A stretch of DNA of 64,000 bases from an uncultured virus (IMG/VR IMGVR_UViG_2841629896_000001) (IMGVR_UViG_2841629896_000001); one strand, 5' to 3'. Counted from the stretch's first letter, positions 17,311 through 28,263 are shown. Notes: a model not told the origin generated them from the letters alone. Translations and numbers: made by a program.

Positions 17311-20300
17311 TCATAATATACCGGCGCCAAAATCACACACCATGGAACGCGCCGCAGGCCCACCGGTAAGCGTGATTTTAAGGCGTGCTTGTCGTGCTGT
17401 TTTGTCACCACTGATAAATTTGCGCTCTGTCCAGAGAGGCTCCGATAACTGTTCTGTTTCATCGAGTTTCAAAGGGACAAACGCCCCATCATCCAGTTGC
17501 ATCTCGAGGGTGAAAGAGGAACCGCCCGGCAAGAAGGTTTTGATATAGCTGGTCAACCTTGCCTTTTCCCCAAAGGAAAAAGCCCGTGTGATATAAGTTG
17601 CTGTTTTATGAATCTTTCCTGCAATCAACTGAACCGGGGCAAATAACACCGGAGAAAGCTTCTCTGTGCCTTTAAGAATGGCGCGAAGCTTGACCTTTTC
17701 ACTGATATATTCGCTAAGGCTTAGCAATTGAAAGGGTAGCAGTTGGTAAACCGTGCCGTTGTTGCGTTCAATTTCAAAGATGACAGAGCAATCGCTTGAA
17801 GGCAATTCGACAGCTGCACGCACTTGCAAATCAGAACAATCCACAAGATCAAAGGTGCCTAAATCAACCCTCTTTTCTGTTTGCCTGTAGCGTGCAGCCA
17901 ACACCCGAAAGGCTAATGCTTCATCTTGATGGGCGCTCCAGCTTTGTGCATTGACAGAAGAAAAGCGCGGCCCCGTCACATAGGGGTGGCTTGAGACATA
18001 TCTTTGGCTGTCTTTATCAAAATCCCCAAGTTTAGCCAGTGATACGGAATGATCCGCATCATCTGTTTTAATGACAAAGGCGGTGAGACGGTCATCAGGA
18101 ACGGTTAAGGGTACATCATAGCGTGCGCCAGCCCAGCCGGTTTTGGCGCCCTTCATGGAATAGGAGGTTTGGGCTTGAATATCGGCGGTAGGATAACCGT
18201 TTTCGGTAGTGACCAAATCAATCACCAGATCATGGGCTTGATTGCCAATTTTACAAAGATGGAAATCAATGCCAGTGATTTGCCGTGTTTCATCGGGGGT
18301 AAAGACTTGGGCTTGCGGGTCGACTTGTGTCCAGATTTTCACCGTTGTGGTGCGCCGCATCACCTTTACATCAATCACCCCTTGACCGGTAAAAAGCCCT
18401 GTTGCAACGGTGCCCCCTCTGCCTCGTGCAATCACATTCTTTGTACCAGCCGTAATATTCGCAGGAATGCTAAAGATGCCTTCAAGGGTGCCTTTGCTAT
18501 CGGCAACAAGGCGGCTGTGTGGTAAGACATCCACACCATCAAAGGTAAGACTGTCCAAGATTTCTCCACTGCCAAAGCCTTCAATCTTAAAATTCAGCTT
18601 AATTTGTCTTAAAAAGTCGATTTGCTCCCTTGTTGTATTCACCAAATCATCACGGATTTCTGTCTTAACGATGCTTCTTCCACGGTTCTGCCCCATATTG
18701 AGTTGATTGGTCACACCAGAGAGCCAATCAGTGCGCTCAACATGCCAAAAGTCTGTCGCGGGGGTAAGGGTGACTGTACCAGGGAGAGGCGCAAAATTTT
18801 GATAAGGATTGATCTTTTCACAAGCGGTTGTCAATTCTTGCGCAATGATCACTTCATTGGTCCAGTCAAGCGTGACAGGGGCATTTAGGGGGGCGGTGTA
18901 AAAAGTTGGATCAATAGCAAGCTGTAAAATACCGTTGCCGACAGCACCCGTTTGTTCAAAACCTTCATCGCGATAAGAGTCATCGAGAAAAGGGTCGGCA
19001 AACATGCCTTTTTTGGCAACAGGCTCTTTAGAGTCAACATTACTTTTAATACGCTCTAATTGCATCAGGCGGTCAAGGGAGAGCACCCGTTGAAAATAGC
19101 GCCACATCTCATCATAAGGCGCAACACGTGTGCCATCATTTTTCACATGCGGTATATCAAGCCAGTTATTGGTAATGGTGGCAAGAGAGAGCACATCATC
19201 CGGGACACTGGGAGCCATGGGTTGGTCTGCCGAGACGCCTTTGATATAGACGACATTGCCTCCTGTGTTGAGACCAATACGGTCAATGCGGGGGAGTTTA
19301 TAAGTGTAGCTTACAATGATATCACCTCCCTCAGCCCCTCCTGAGACGGTGATTTCCTGCGCTGTTACTTTATCGGCTTTTATGCTCGCGCGATATCGAT
19401 AGGTTACTTTATAACTACTGCCAGGGAGTGGTTCATCGCCCATGGGCGCCCAATCAATGGTGTCTCCGGTTTTTTTAAAGTCCTTGCCCTCTTTAAATTC
19501 TTTGTTCCCTTGCACAATTTTAAGAAAAGCGGTGATGCTTTTGTCCGCCACCCCATCACGCCCGGAGGCAACTGCACCGCGGGTGATTGTCACGGTTTTT
19601 TCTTTCGTCAACAAAAGGGAATGAACAGCAGCAATGGGAGCGTAATAGGTTTTAAAGGTAAAGCTTGTTTTGCCCTTTGGAGGTGCAAAAATATGAGTTT
19701 CACTAGGAACGGCACTTGTCGAAAAGTCCTCGAGTTCTTCATAGCGCAAAGCGGCCAAGCGCTTGCGTTTGAAACCATTGATATTGGCTTCTCCCTCTTG
19801 AATACTGAACACTTGCTTTTGTCCCTCTTGCCCCAAAGCTGTGACACGGCATCCCCCCACGATATAGTGTCCATGGGCGCGATCATACGTCGCAATGGCT
19901 TGCATAGCGGGTTCAAGCAGTGAGGGGGATTTTTGATCAATCAAAACGCCATCTTGCAAAATGTAAACGGGGAAAAACGTGCCTTGCTGGTCATCATCTT
20001 TGAGAGCCCAGACAAGTTTTGCGACCTCGCGTGCCGCACCTCCTTCTCCTTCTGCCAAGGAGCCTGGAACTTGTCCTAAGAGTTCTGGATCATCCTCATA
20101 GGTCACCCATTTCTTTTGCAACTTTACACCGATTTCCACGCGCCCCATCATGGAAATATTCGTGAGAACAGCATTTGAGACGGGAAAGATATCGCCTGCG
20201 ATATAAATCTTGCCCTCTGTTAAGGTAACGGTTTTTGTGTCTTTATTGACAAAGGCATCTGCTCGTTCAACGCGGTCTCCTTCTTGTGCCACAAGGCGCC

Positions 20301-20454
20301 CCAAACGGTCATGGCGCCCCCTTATGATGGTTTGAACTTCATTGAGTTCACCCGCTTGAAGAAAAGGGCGCTGTCCATAAAACACAACGCTTTGTTGTTC
20401 ATCTTTGCCGCGAGAGCGATCAATTGCAAAGGGTAGTCCGCTTTCATGTTTCAT
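17311..20454 (-). CDS. Large baseplate/tail virion protein (DUF4815-like)
   Basis: LQAGELNEVQ motif, GMFADPF; position after gpI. Confidence 0.7.
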   Translation of the reverse strand: MKHESGLPFAIDRSRGKDEQQSVVFYGQRPFLQAGELNEVQTIIRGRHDRLGRLVAQEGDRVERADAFVNKDTKTVTLTEGKIYIAGDIFPVSNAVLTNISMMGRVEIGVKLQKKWVTYEDDPELLGQVPGSLAEGEGGAAREVAKLVWALKDDDQQGTFFPVYILQDGVLIDQKSPSLLEPAMQAIATYDRAHGHYIVGGCRVTALGQEGQKQVFSIQEGEANINGFKRKRLAALRYEELEDFSTSAVPSETHIFAPPKGKTSFTFKTYYAPIAAVHSLLLTKEKTVTITRGAVASGRDGVADKSITAFLKIVQGNKEFKEGKDFKKTGDTIDWAPMGDEPLPGSSYKVTYRYRASIKADKVTAQEITVSGGAEGGDIIVSYTYKLPRIDRIGLNTGGNVVYIKGVSADQPMAPSVPDDVLSLATITNNWLDIPHVKNDGTRVAPYDEMWRYFQRVLSLDRLMQLERIKSNVDSKEPVAKKGMFADPFLDDSYRDEGFEQTGAVGNGILQLAIDPTFYTAPLNAPVTLDWTNEVIIAQELTTACEKINPYQNFAPLPGTVTLTPATDFWHVERTDWLSGVTNQLNMGQNRGRSIVKTEIRDDLVNTTREQIDFLRQIKLNFKIEGFGSGEILDSLTFDGVDVLPHSRLVADSKGTLEGIFSIPANITAGTKNVIARGRGGTVATGLFTGQGVIDVKVMRRTTTVKIWTQVDPQAQVFTPDETRQITGIDFHLCKIGNQAHDLVIDLVTTENGYPTADIQAQTSYSMKGAKTGWAGARYDVPLTVPDDRLTAFVIKTDDADHSVSLAKLGDFDKDSQRYVSSHPYVTGPRFSSVNAQSWSAHQDEALAFRVLAARYRQTEKRVDLGTFDLVDCSDLQVRAAVELPSSDCSVIFEIERNNGTVYQLLPFQLLSLSEYISEKVKLRAILKGTEKLSPVLFAPVQLIAGKIHKTATYITRAFSFGEKARLTSYIKTFLPGGSSFTLEMQLDDGAFVPLKLDETEQLSEPLWTERKFISGDKTARQARLKITLTGGPAARSMVCDFGAGIL

Positions 20455-20455
20455 G

Positions 20456-21568
20456 TTAAAACCTCAATAAAATCTTGAATTGTTCGCGAACATCAGCACG
20501 CAAAGGAATGTTGATAGGTGTTTTAAGGATCTCCATTCCACCACGCAGTTCATCAGCCCCTAACCAAAGTTTACCAGGAGGTGTTTGTTCTACGAGAGAG
20601 CCATGAACGAGGAGGGAAACAGAGGCAGCTTGTTTGTTCTCAACATCCTCAAAATCTGTGCGGGCTGCAAGAAACAGCATGGTGCCAGTTGGGGAAGGAT
20701 TAAATCTGTTGCCACAATGGCTGTAAACACCCTCGACCGCTTGTTCGACAGGCTGTACAGCATAGCATCTGCGATAGCCAATCAGAGTGTTATCGAGATC
20801 TCTTAAAGCCAAATAAAGGGGACGGTTTTGGAACCACTTTGCCATGAGTATATCGCGTTCGTGTTTTTTGACCGAACACCAGGGGAAATTTGCCAACTCC
20901 CAAGGGTAATCGATTTGGTTCCAGCTTAACTCCTCATCCACATCATCAATCCAGTTGCCAATGCGTTTGCCTTCTTCTTTTGTGAGTGTGAGTGTGTGTT
21001 TGATTTGTGTTGTGCGTCCAAAGGAAAACAGAGTGTCACGAGCTGTTAAGCGCACGCCACTTTCAAAATCCAGCATGCTGTCATCAAGGTGTGACATATC
21101 GCCTTCTGTGGCTTCCACATCATAACCATAGGTGCTACGGCGAAAATCAGAGCGCAAACTTTTGGAAAGGTCGACAATGGCTTCAATGGCTTCAAGGCTG
21201 CTTTGTTCAGGCAATTGATCAAAATCAAGTTGAAAGGAATTCCACCATGCACGCCCTGACCATGCGGGTGTAAAGCGTGCAGAAAGCTCTAACCATTTAA
21301 GTCCCAATTCAATGGCTGCAACAGAGCCACGCAAGCGCTGCCATGCAAGCCCTTGGTCAATCAAATCATAGAGGTTTGGAACATAAGGTGTGAGTTCACC
21401 AAGTCCATATTCTTCAATCAACCATGGCAAAAAGCGGGGAGGGCGTGTGATCAGTTTTGCACGTGAAATCCCTAAAACAGCTCCATCAACATCTTGATGA
21501 AAGTCGCAAGCATCGGCAAGGCGTTTCTCAAATTCTGTTGCATGTGAGGGGAGAAGCGAGCCAACCAT
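20456..21568 (-). CDS. Tail/baseplate protein I (P2 GpI-like)
   Basis: SLLPSHATEFEK...FLPWL. Confidence 0.8.
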   Translation of the reverse strand: MVGSLLPSHATEFEKRLADACDFHQDVDGAVLGISRAKLITRPPRFLPWLIEEYGLGELTPYVPNLYDLIDQGLAWQRLRGSVAAIELGLKWLELSARFTPAWSGRAWWNSFQLDFDQLPEQSSLEAIEAIVDLSKSLRSDFRRSTYGYDVEATEGDMSHLDDSMLDFESGVRLTARDTLFSFGRTTQIKHTLTLTKEEGKRIGNWIDDVDEELSWNQIDYPWELANFPWCSVKKHERDILMAKWFQNRPLYLALRDLDNTLIGYRRCYAVQPVEQAVEGVYSHCGNRFNPSPTGTMLFLAARTDFEDVENKQAASVSLLVHGSLVEQTPPGKLWLGADELRGGMEILKTPINIPLRADVREQFKILLRF

Positions 21569-22395
21569 TAGCGCGTCCGTCCTTTAAAGTTTAAGGTGAT
21601 TTTGCCAATCGATAAGATTTCTTCATCACAAACCACACTGTCCTTTGTTGGTGTCATGGCAATCACTTTCTGGACACCAGGAATCATTAGTTTTGAAACC
21701 CACCACGAGAGGCTTAATTCGCGACCAATGGCTTGTTCTTGTTTCCAAGCCGTGCGTAAATTTGCCTCCATTGTCGTGAGAATTTTCAAAGATGCTTCTG
21801 GAAGCAGCCAAACATCGGCTTCTAAGTCCAGCACTTTTTTGACAGCAGCATGCACAATGATGGTATCATTGGTCATGATGATATTTTTTCTGTGAAGAGC
21901 TTGTGAAACTGTTTGTAAGAGATCTTCAGAGGCTGTTCCTTCTTCATTGTTGCCAAAAATAGCAACATAGATGGTTGGATCTTTGCCTTTGCGGTAAATA
22001 ATGGCATCTTTCACACGACTATCGGCTGTTAAGGCGATAAGCTTGTAATAGGGTTCTGTTCCACTTCCATTTCCCCCACGGGCATGAAGCTGTATGCGTT
22101 CACGATACCTCTCATCACTCTCACCCTCTAAGCGGGCAATACCATGCCAGTTTCCCAAAGCATCAAGGGATTCACCGGTGGCAAAATCAAGAATATTATT
22201 GCGTGCCGCCTCATTGATACGCTGTCTTAAAAGCAGTTCTCGATAGCTAAAAGCCTCTATGACTTTTACAGCTGGATCACTTTCCAAAAATGTATATTCG
22301 GGTAAAAGCTCTTTTAAATGGGTAAGAACAGCAGCGCGGATTTCCTCAAAAGAAAGTTCTGTAATAATTTCCGGTTTTGCAAGCGCTCTACTCAT
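21568..22395 (-). CDS. Baseplate J protein
   Basis: ESDPAVKVIEAFSYRELLLRQRINEAA; ESDERYRERI. Confidence 0.9.
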   Translation of the reverse strand: MSRALAKPEIITELSFEEIRAAVLTHLKELLPEYTFLESDPAVKVIEAFSYRELLLRQRINEAARNNILDFATGESLDALGNWHGIARLEGESDERYRERIQLHARGGNGSGTEPYYKLIALTADSRVKDAIIYRKGKDPTIYVAIFGNNEEGTASEDLLQTVSQALHRKNIIMTNDTIIVHAAVKKVLDLEADVWLLPEASLKILTTMEANLRTAWKQEQAIGRELSLSWWVSKLMIPGVQKVIAMTPTKDSVVCDEEILSIGKITLNFKGRTR

Positions 22396-22733
22396 TGTAT
22401 CAATAATCCTTCCATGGTAATGGGCTTTCCTGATGGCAAATACATGCCCTCAAAGGACAGAGAAACTTGTCCGGTTCCAAGCATTTTAAAATCAATCTTT
22501 TGGAGCTTAAAACGTGGTTTCCATTTGTCTAAAGCCTCAGCAATGGCGGCATAAAGAGCAACGGAAAAGCTGCTGTTAACCGGTGCATCAATGAGTTCTG
22601 CAATACGTGAACCATAATCACGTCGCATCACACGCGTGCCAATGCGTGTTGACAAGATATCAATAATCGACTGCCGCAAATGTTCTATGCCAACCAATGG
22701 CTTTCCTGTTGTACGGTCCATTCCACTGTTCAA
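22392..22733 (-). CDS. Baseplate W / gp25 family
   Basis: HLRQSIIDILSTRIGTRVMRRDYGS. Confidence 0.9.
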   Translation of the reverse strand: MNSGMDRTTGKPLVGIEHLRQSIIDILSTRIGTRVMRRDYGSRIAELIDAPVNSSFSVALYAAIAEALDKWKPRFKLQKIDFKMLGTGQVSLSFEGMYLPSGKPITMEGLLIQ

Positions 22734-23419
22734 TTCGGACCTCCTGTCATGGAACCACCAGGGAAAACACCTCCATGAACATGGGTTGCTCCGACATTGG
22801 TGCTGTTATGCTTTAATTCCCTTGAATTGATGGAAACCTCATTGTCTGAATGAAGAGAAACTCCATTTTGTGAATGGAGTGAAATGTTCCCCTCTGCTTT
22901 TACAGAAATGTTGCCCTTTGCTTTTAAACTCAGATCACTTTCTGAAGTGATTTTGATGCCTTCTGGTGCACTAAGCTCTAGCTTACCAGCTTCTCCTTTG
23001 AGTGATACGCCATCAGAGATGGTTAGGATAAACTTTCCTCCCGATTTTATATTAAGGGCATAGGTGTTTTGTTCATCATCATATTCAAGGCTGGTGCCAT
23101 CAGGATAAAGTGTTTTATGAATATTACCTTTATCGGCTACTTGGTTCACATCGGTATGAATAGAGCCTACAATGACCCCTTGTGATAAATCGCCTGATGA
23201 TGAAACAACAATGACTTGTTCTCCAACATCGCGCCCTTCATAAGAGCGTGTTTTACCGGCGCGGGCTTGGGTATCTGGAATCCAATCACTGATAAGATTT
23301 CCACTTTTTACTCGATAGCGTGCGTTTTTATGGTCAACATGGCTAATTTTCCCTACCACAACCATATTGGCTACGCGTCTTTTTAAATCGGTGATCTCTT
23401 TATCGCGTCGCTCTAACAT
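22730..23419 (-). CDS. Baseplate spike protein V
   Basis: VGEQV, YPDGTSLEYD, C-terminal HVHGGV; start reassigned to 23419. Confidence 0.88.
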   Translation of the reverse strand: MLERRDKEITDLKRRVANMVVVGKISHVDHKNARYRVKSGNLISDWIPDTQARAGKTRSYEGRDVGEQVIVVSSSGDLSQGVIVGSIHTDVNQVADKGNIHKTLYPDGTSLEYDDEQNTYALNIKSGGKFILTISDGVSLKGEAGKLELSAPEGIKITSESDLSLKAKGNISVKAEGNISLHSQNGVSLHSDNEVSINSRELKHNSTNVGATHVHGGVFPGGSMTGGPN

Positions 23420-23957
23420 GGTCACCTTTAATTTTATGGTATTTGTCTTTGTTTCCCATACCTGTTTCGGGTTTAAAACCGACAAGGGGTTCAACAACTC
23501 CTACGGTTGCATTTCCTTCATCAGGGTAGGGGATATTGGTTACGTAAGTCACGTCAAAGGTTAAAATTGCACCGTGGAGCGCTAGGGCACCATTATCACC
23601 AAAGGCAAAAGCAATATTTTGCAGGCGGCATGTCTCAACAGTGTTGTTAAGATTGGGATTGGCATAGAAAATTTCTTCAACTTCCCATGCTAATTGGTCA
23701 ACAAAGCGTGCGCCATCTTCACATGTTGCATAGCATTCAACATCCACCGTTAAAACACGCCGCCTTAAGCCAAAATCATGTCCATCTTCAATGGTTTCAC
23801 TTTGCGTTGAGATATTAATAGCTGGCATTGTCTCAATAAATAAGTTGAAGTCACGCATATTGAAAACATTGTCACCAGCCACTGTTTTTGCTGCCTTTAT
23901 CAATGCAACAAATGTTTCTCTTATCGTCTCACGGGGATGCATAAATGTTTCTGTCAT
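23400..23957 (-). CDS. Tail completion/terminator-like protein
   Basis: Synteny between head-tail joining protein and gpV. Confidence 0.55.
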   Translation of the reverse strand: MTETFMHPRETIRETFVALIKAAKTVAGDNVFNMRDFNLFIETMPAINISTQSETIEDGHDFGLRRRVLTVDVECYATCEDGARFVDQLAWEVEEIFYANPNLNNTVETCRLQNIAFAFGDNGALALHGAILTFDVTYVTNIPYPDEGNATVGVVEPLVGFKPETGMGNKDKYHKIKGDHVRATR

Positions 23958-24024
23958 TCAATATTTATCCTTTTCTTTAAACTAGTATCATGTTACGATA
24001 CATAAAAGAACGAATAGAGGTGAT

Positions 24025-24309
24025 TTGGTGATTGAATCTTTTGTGGATAAGCGGTGTAAAGATCTTTTAGAAGGCAAGACGCCCAAAGGTTTTCCTGCAA
24101 CATTGGTACGCATAGCACAAAGAAAATTGTTTATGCTCGATAAAGCAGTTGATCTTAAAGATTTGCGCAGTCCTCCAGGAAATCATTTAGAAGCATTGAA
24201 AGGAGAGCGTAAAGGTCAATATTCTATTCGTATTAATAACCAGTTTCGTCTTTGTTTTGAATGGCGTACTAATGGTGCCTATGAAGTTGAAATTGTAGAT
24301 TATCATTGA
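24025..24309 (+). CDS. higB: HigB family toxin
   Basis: DLRSPPGNHLEALKGERKGQYSIRINNQFRLCF...IVDYH. Confidence 0.92.
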   Translation: MVIESFVDKRCKDLLEGKTPKGFPATLVRIAQRKLFMLDKAVDLKDLRSPPGNHLEALKGERKGQYSIRINNQFRLCFEWRTNGAYEVEIVDYH

Positions 24310-24325
24310 TCTATAGGAGGTCGAG

Positions 24326-24622
24326 ATGAAAAATTATATTGCAATACATCCTGGAGAAATTTTACGGGAGGAATATTTAAAAGAATATGCTCTTTCTGCT
24401 TATGCCCTTGCAAAAGCATTGAATGTTCCACGCACGAGGATAGAACGTATTGTTGCGGAAAATAGTCCAATAACTCCTGATACGGCTCTCAGACTGGCTT
24501 CTTTTTTTGATACGACAGCTGAATTTTGGCTTAATATGCAAGCTGCTTATGATGTTCATATTTTACAAGCCGAAAAAGCAGATGAATTTGCCAAAATTAA
24601 TAAATTTGAATGTACAATTTAA
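24326..24622 (+). CDS. higA: HigA family antitoxin
   Basis: IHPGEILREEYL...ITPDTALRL...FWLNMQAAYD. Confidence 0.92.
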   Translation: MKNYIAIHPGEILREEYLKEYALSAYALAKALNVPRTRIERIVAENSPITPDTALRLASFFDTTAEFWLNMQAAYDVHILQAEKADEFAKINKFECTI

Positions 24623-24668
24623 CCACCTCCCCACCTTTGAAGTGGGGGAGATGAGTCATGTTTTTTAA

Positions 24669-24947
24669 TTAAGCAACCTTTTTAATGGGGCTATCGAGAT
24701 TTGGTTCATAAGCGCACAATAAAGAATCCATGCTATGCGGTAATTCTGAATCGCCAAAATCTGTGAGAACTGTTAAGATTTTAAGTATACTTGGCATCTC
24801 ATCTTGGAGTTTTGAAATTAAAGCTTTTTCTATGACACTCATAGTATCAACCAGAGCTGTACAATCTTTATCATTCATATTTCCATGTCTAGAAAATTGA
24901 GATAATGCCATCCATAAATCGCACAAGAAGTTGGTATCTATCTTCAT
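24669..24947 (-). CDS. Conserved 92-aa protein coupled to ant, copy 3
   Basis: ATGA overlap; near-identical to copies 2 and 4. Confidence 0.8.
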   Translation of the reverse strand: MKIDTNFLCDLWMALSQFSRHGNMNDKDCTALVDTMSVIEKALISKLQDEMPSILKILTVLTDFGDSELPHSMDSLLCAYEPNLDSPIKKVA

Positions 24948-25684
24948 TGTACACCTCCATGGATTTGCTCTCTCAAACATGCCAATCCTCTGGATGTGAT
25001 TTTCGTTGAAGGGAGTACCTTTTCTGTACCATCCGGTCTTTGAATGGTGATAGCAGGACAGTCCATAAAGCCTTTCTTGATCTTGTCCTGATAAGGCAAC
25101 AAAGGCGCCCCTGGAGCCCGTCGATAGACCCAATCATGTTTACGCAAGTAATCCGTTAAATCCTTTGGTCGCACCTCTAACATCTTCGCAGCTTCGATAA
25201 GACCAAACAAACCATCAGAACGTTTTAAACCTTCCAAAGCCTCTGCTTTTGGAGCCAATTCGGCAATGGTGTTATCCTTCTGCTCGATTTGATTTTGTAA
25301 GTGATTTAAAACACCAAGTAATGCTTCGGGTTTGGAATAATCAACTTGTGGTGTTGCTACTTGCTTTTCCAATTCTTGCCAACGGTCAATAATCTTTGCT
25401 CGTAAAGTAGTGTTATAACCAGAAACAAGAATTAGACATTCACGCTTTGGAAGGTTGTAACAAGGAAGTGTACGCCCTGTTGAGTCTTTGTATAATCCTG
25501 AAAAATCACTCACCCCAAATTTGGGGGCAGTACTTTCAGAGTTTAATTCTCCTAACATTTGTTTAATGTCACGCATGACATGGTCATGTCTTTTACCGCA
25601 CAACTCAGCAATTTCGCGACTAGACATAGTCTGAGTGGTAGCACTATTAGCAGTGCTTTCTTTAATTTCTATAAGTGTGTTCAT
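24944..25684 (-). CDS. Antirepressor-like protein, Rha-type N-domain plus KilAC, cassette 3
   Basis: MSSREIAELCGKRHDHVMRDI...LRAKIIDRWQELE; shared C-domain. Confidence 0.88.
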   Translation of the reverse strand: MNTLIEIKESTANSATTQTMSSREIAELCGKRHDHVMRDIKQMLGELNSESTAPKFGVSDFSGLYKDSTGRTLPCYNLPKRECLILVSGYNTTLRAKIIDRWQELEKQVATPQVDYSKPEALLGVLNHLQNQIEQKDNTIAELAPKAEALEGLKRSDGLFGLIEAAKMLEVRPKDLTDYLRKHDWVYRRAPGAPLLPYQDKIKKGFMDCPAITIQRPDGTEKVLPSTKITSRGLACLREQIHGGVQ

Positions 25685-25957
25685 AATGAACTCCTTGGTA
25701 ATAGACGTTTTTGATTGACACTCTAAAAGAGTGCCGGGTGCTCAAAAACACGGTACCAAGTCCGTCGTTATGCTTTCCCTGCGAAGGTATTTTATAGCAC
25801 AACCACACCCGACAAGATCTTTATATGCTACCACATATAATGAGTCAAAATCTTTAATGTTCAGAAGATTGATTATTTCGGCAATCAATCCGCTTGGTAT
25901 TTTAAGGTGTTTTTGAGGCACCTGATTCGATTATTCATATTGTCGCCACATTGTCAA
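25685..25957 (-). promoter_or_regulatory. Tandem promoters with a/b target sites, cassette 3
   Basis: TTGACA and TTGACT-N17-TATAAA; b2 TACCAAG runs into SD AGGAG. Confidence 0.75.
25733..25813 (-). ncRNA. C4-like antisense RNA, copy 3 (b'=CUUGGUA, a'=GUUUUUGA)
   Basis: Same fold; TCAAAAAC and TACCAAG occur both upstream and downstream. Confidence 0.82.
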
Positions 25958-26014
25958 GTGGGAACGTAATATTTTTATAACAATAATCAAAACAGCTTGC
26001 TAGACAAAGGTGCC

Positions 26015-26386
26015 TTATTGTTTCTGTTCTCGTAAGATAAGCTTGTACATGCCGGATTCAGAGGCTTGGACATCTGTGACCACGAAGTGCTCTTGAGAAG
26101 AGGGGGATTTATTGTTTTCAGGTGAGATGATCACAATACTATCTTGAGGTTTTGGTGGTATTCCCCCGATATCATTGATACAAAGGTCAAGTTCCTTTTT
26201 TGCGATTGTGGTGGGGATTCTGCCACCAGCCTCCGATTCCGAATGTTTAATGGTGTAAATCGCTGTAATTTGAAACGATTGTTGATTATCCTTTCGCGTG
26301 TAGATGACGGGTTGCCCAAAGGTGTTGCGCACATCTTGAATCATTTTATGAAGCAACCCGTGCCATCGCATGTTATTTTCCTCCAC
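26015..26386 (-). CDS. Head-tail joining protein
   Basis: Directly after major capsid; TFGQPVIY. Confidence 0.6.
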   Translation of the reverse strand: MEENNMRWHGLLHKMIQDVRNTFGQPVIYTRKDNQQSFQITAIYTIKHSESEAGGRIPTTIAKKELDLCINDIGGIPPKPQDSIVIISPENNKSPSSQEHFVVTDVQASESGMYKLILREQKQ

Positions 26387-27449
26387 TAACCGCTTTAAAG
26401 AGCATTTCAGGGCGTGTGCAGATGTAAAGCGGATAGCTATAGACCTCTGGTTTTACCCATGCATTACGGTCGTGATCAACGATCAGCATGGTGTAGAGAG
26501 GTTTTCCAACCGTGTTGGCAAAATCCAAACTTTCTCCTGGTGCAAAGGTTTTTTGAAACACTCCCGGCGCATTGGCAGGCAAGAATTGACATTCATCAGG
26601 CTTAATGCCTATGGCGCGCTTTGTCCCAGCCTTCGCACTCACATTATAGTTGTGAATACTCCGGTAATTAATGAAAGTAACGCCCGCAAAGTCAAAACTG
26701 CCAAAGCTCCCAGAGCCAATCGAACTTGGTGTTGCAACACCTCCAGCACTATTTAAAGTTTGTGCAAGAGCTGTGTTGAGATAGGTTTCACGAATTGTTT
26801 TATGGTTTTTCAATTTGGAGAAAAATTCATTTCCACAAAGCCCAATAATGCGTGAACGATCAGAAAACGCTCCCTTTGAAGCTTCAATCATTTTCATAAT
26901 GACTTGATCAACATGGTCCGCAACATTGGTTGTCTCAACATTGAGTTTAAAATCAATTGGCTTTGGTGGTGCGATTTCCCATTCCTTGTACCAATCGACA
27001 ATGACAGAGCCATCGGCATCAAGAACCACCCCTTGAACAGCGCCAAGTTGCATGTTTTCCCATGTCAATTCGATTTCAGAAATCAGTTTCTTTTGTTTTC
27101 TGGCAATATATTTCATTGCTGTCTCGAGTTGATCTTCTGTCCCAAATTCACGTCGGTTTTGGATTTCCTCTGATTTCACCGTGTCACTTTTGGCAATCCG
27201 TGTTGTTTTGAAAAACCGAAGATTACGTCCATCTCTATCACCTTCTGCCAAGGGGGCGCCACGTTCACTGGTTTGAATCAAGGACAATGTATTGTCACGT
27301 CTTTCAATACCAACCACTGTGGTGCTTGTTTCCACTTCCTCAAAAAGATTAAGAGAACTAATAAGCCCCGGTTGAAACTCATAGTTTTCAATCGCTTTCA
27401 TCATGGTGGTGGCTGAGAAAGCATCATGTTTAAAAAAATTCATATCCAT
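26373..27449 (-). CDS. Major capsid protein (lambda E family)
   Basis: LIQTSERGAP, TWENMQLGAVQG, SYPLYICTRP. Confidence 0.9.
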   Translation of the reverse strand: MDMNFFKHDAFSATTMMKAIENYEFQPGLISSLNLFEEVETSTTVVGIERRDNTLSLIQTSERGAPLAEGDRDGRNLRFFKTTRIAKSDTVKSEEIQNRREFGTEDQLETAMKYIARKQKKLISEIELTWENMQLGAVQGVVLDADGSVIVDWYKEWEIAPPKPIDFKLNVETTNVADHVDQVIMKMIEASKGAFSDRSRIIGLCGNEFFSKLKNHKTIRETYLNTALAQTLNSAGGVATPSSIGSGSFGSFDFAGVTFINYRSIHNYNVSAKAGTKRAIGIKPDECQFLPANAPGVFQKTFAPGESLDFANTVGKPLYTMLIVDHDRNAWVKPEVYSYPLYICTRPEMLFKAVSGGK

Positions 27450-27461
27450 GTGCGCATTCTC

Positions 27462-27829
27462 CTATCGCAATAAAATATTGTTATGGTCTTCAAGAGACTG
27501 AATGGCAGCACTTTTTTGTTCATCTGTAATGGCATCTGGCCATAGTAGTTCAGAAGCCTTTACAGTGCATAAGCGTGCTGTCATCACGGCACGTTGATCT
27601 GCCTCTGTTGCATCAACAGTGGCAAAAGAAATCCCCGCAGGGATTTGACTGCCATCTGATGCTGCTGGATTAAGGGGGTATATTTTTCTGACGCGGTAAT
27701 TTTCCCCATGATAGTTCCTGCTTCAATGAATGCTCCTGATGCAAAAACCACTTCTTCGTTTGACATATCCGTATCGTAGGGTCCAAGATAAGCGCCATTG
27801 CGGATGTCTTCATAAAAAACTTGACTCAT
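27462..27829 (-). CDS. Head decoration protein D, frameshifted at a C5 run (27674-27678)
   Basis: One extra C restores ...AGTIMGKITASEKYTPLNPAASDGSQ...LLWPDAIT...ILLR. Confidence 0.75.
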
Positions 27830-28263
27830 TTTATTGCCCTCCAAGCTGTTTCCCATTTTGCATAAATTTTTTCCTTGCTCGTCCCATCCCTATGGGGAGC
27901 TGTGGTTGATAGTTTTAAAGAGGAACTTTTCGAGACAGCTGCGGTTAAAACAACATTTTTTGCTTTCTCAACACTCATGCCGCTTTTAATGGCTTTTGCT
28001 GCATCAAAAGAAACGCCTAAGCGCTTTGCTTGCCTTTCAAGGTTTGTTAGTGCCTCGCCACGTTTTCTTTCCTTTTCAAGAGCAGCTTTTACGCTTTCTT
28101 GCTTATCTTCGTCCTCATCTTCGTCTTCGTTTTCCTCTTCGTCGTCGAAGTCTTGAGTGTCTTCGTCAATGTCGCTCTCGTTTTCGTCCTCTTCGTCCTC
28201 ATTAATGACGTCGATAATTTTTTCATCATCATCTTCTTCGGCGCGGTATAGGGTGCGTGCCAT
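27826..28263 (-). CDS. Acidic scaffold (Nu3-like) protein
   Basis: D/E-rich plus helical region; between protease and D; own SD (AAGGA). Confidence 0.6.
   Translation of the reverse strand: MARTLYRAEEDDDEKIIDVINEDEEDENESDIDEDTQDFDDEEENEDEDEDEDKQESVKAALEKERKRGEALTNLERQAKRLGVSFDAAKAIKSGMSVEKAKNVVLTAAVSKSSSLKLSTTAPHRDGTSKEKIYAKWETAWRAIK

Noticed and set aside
27674..27678. Frameshift in head decoration gene as programmed or phase-variable
   Set aside because: One missing base in a short homopolymer in an assembly with many such errors; cannot be distinguished from artefact
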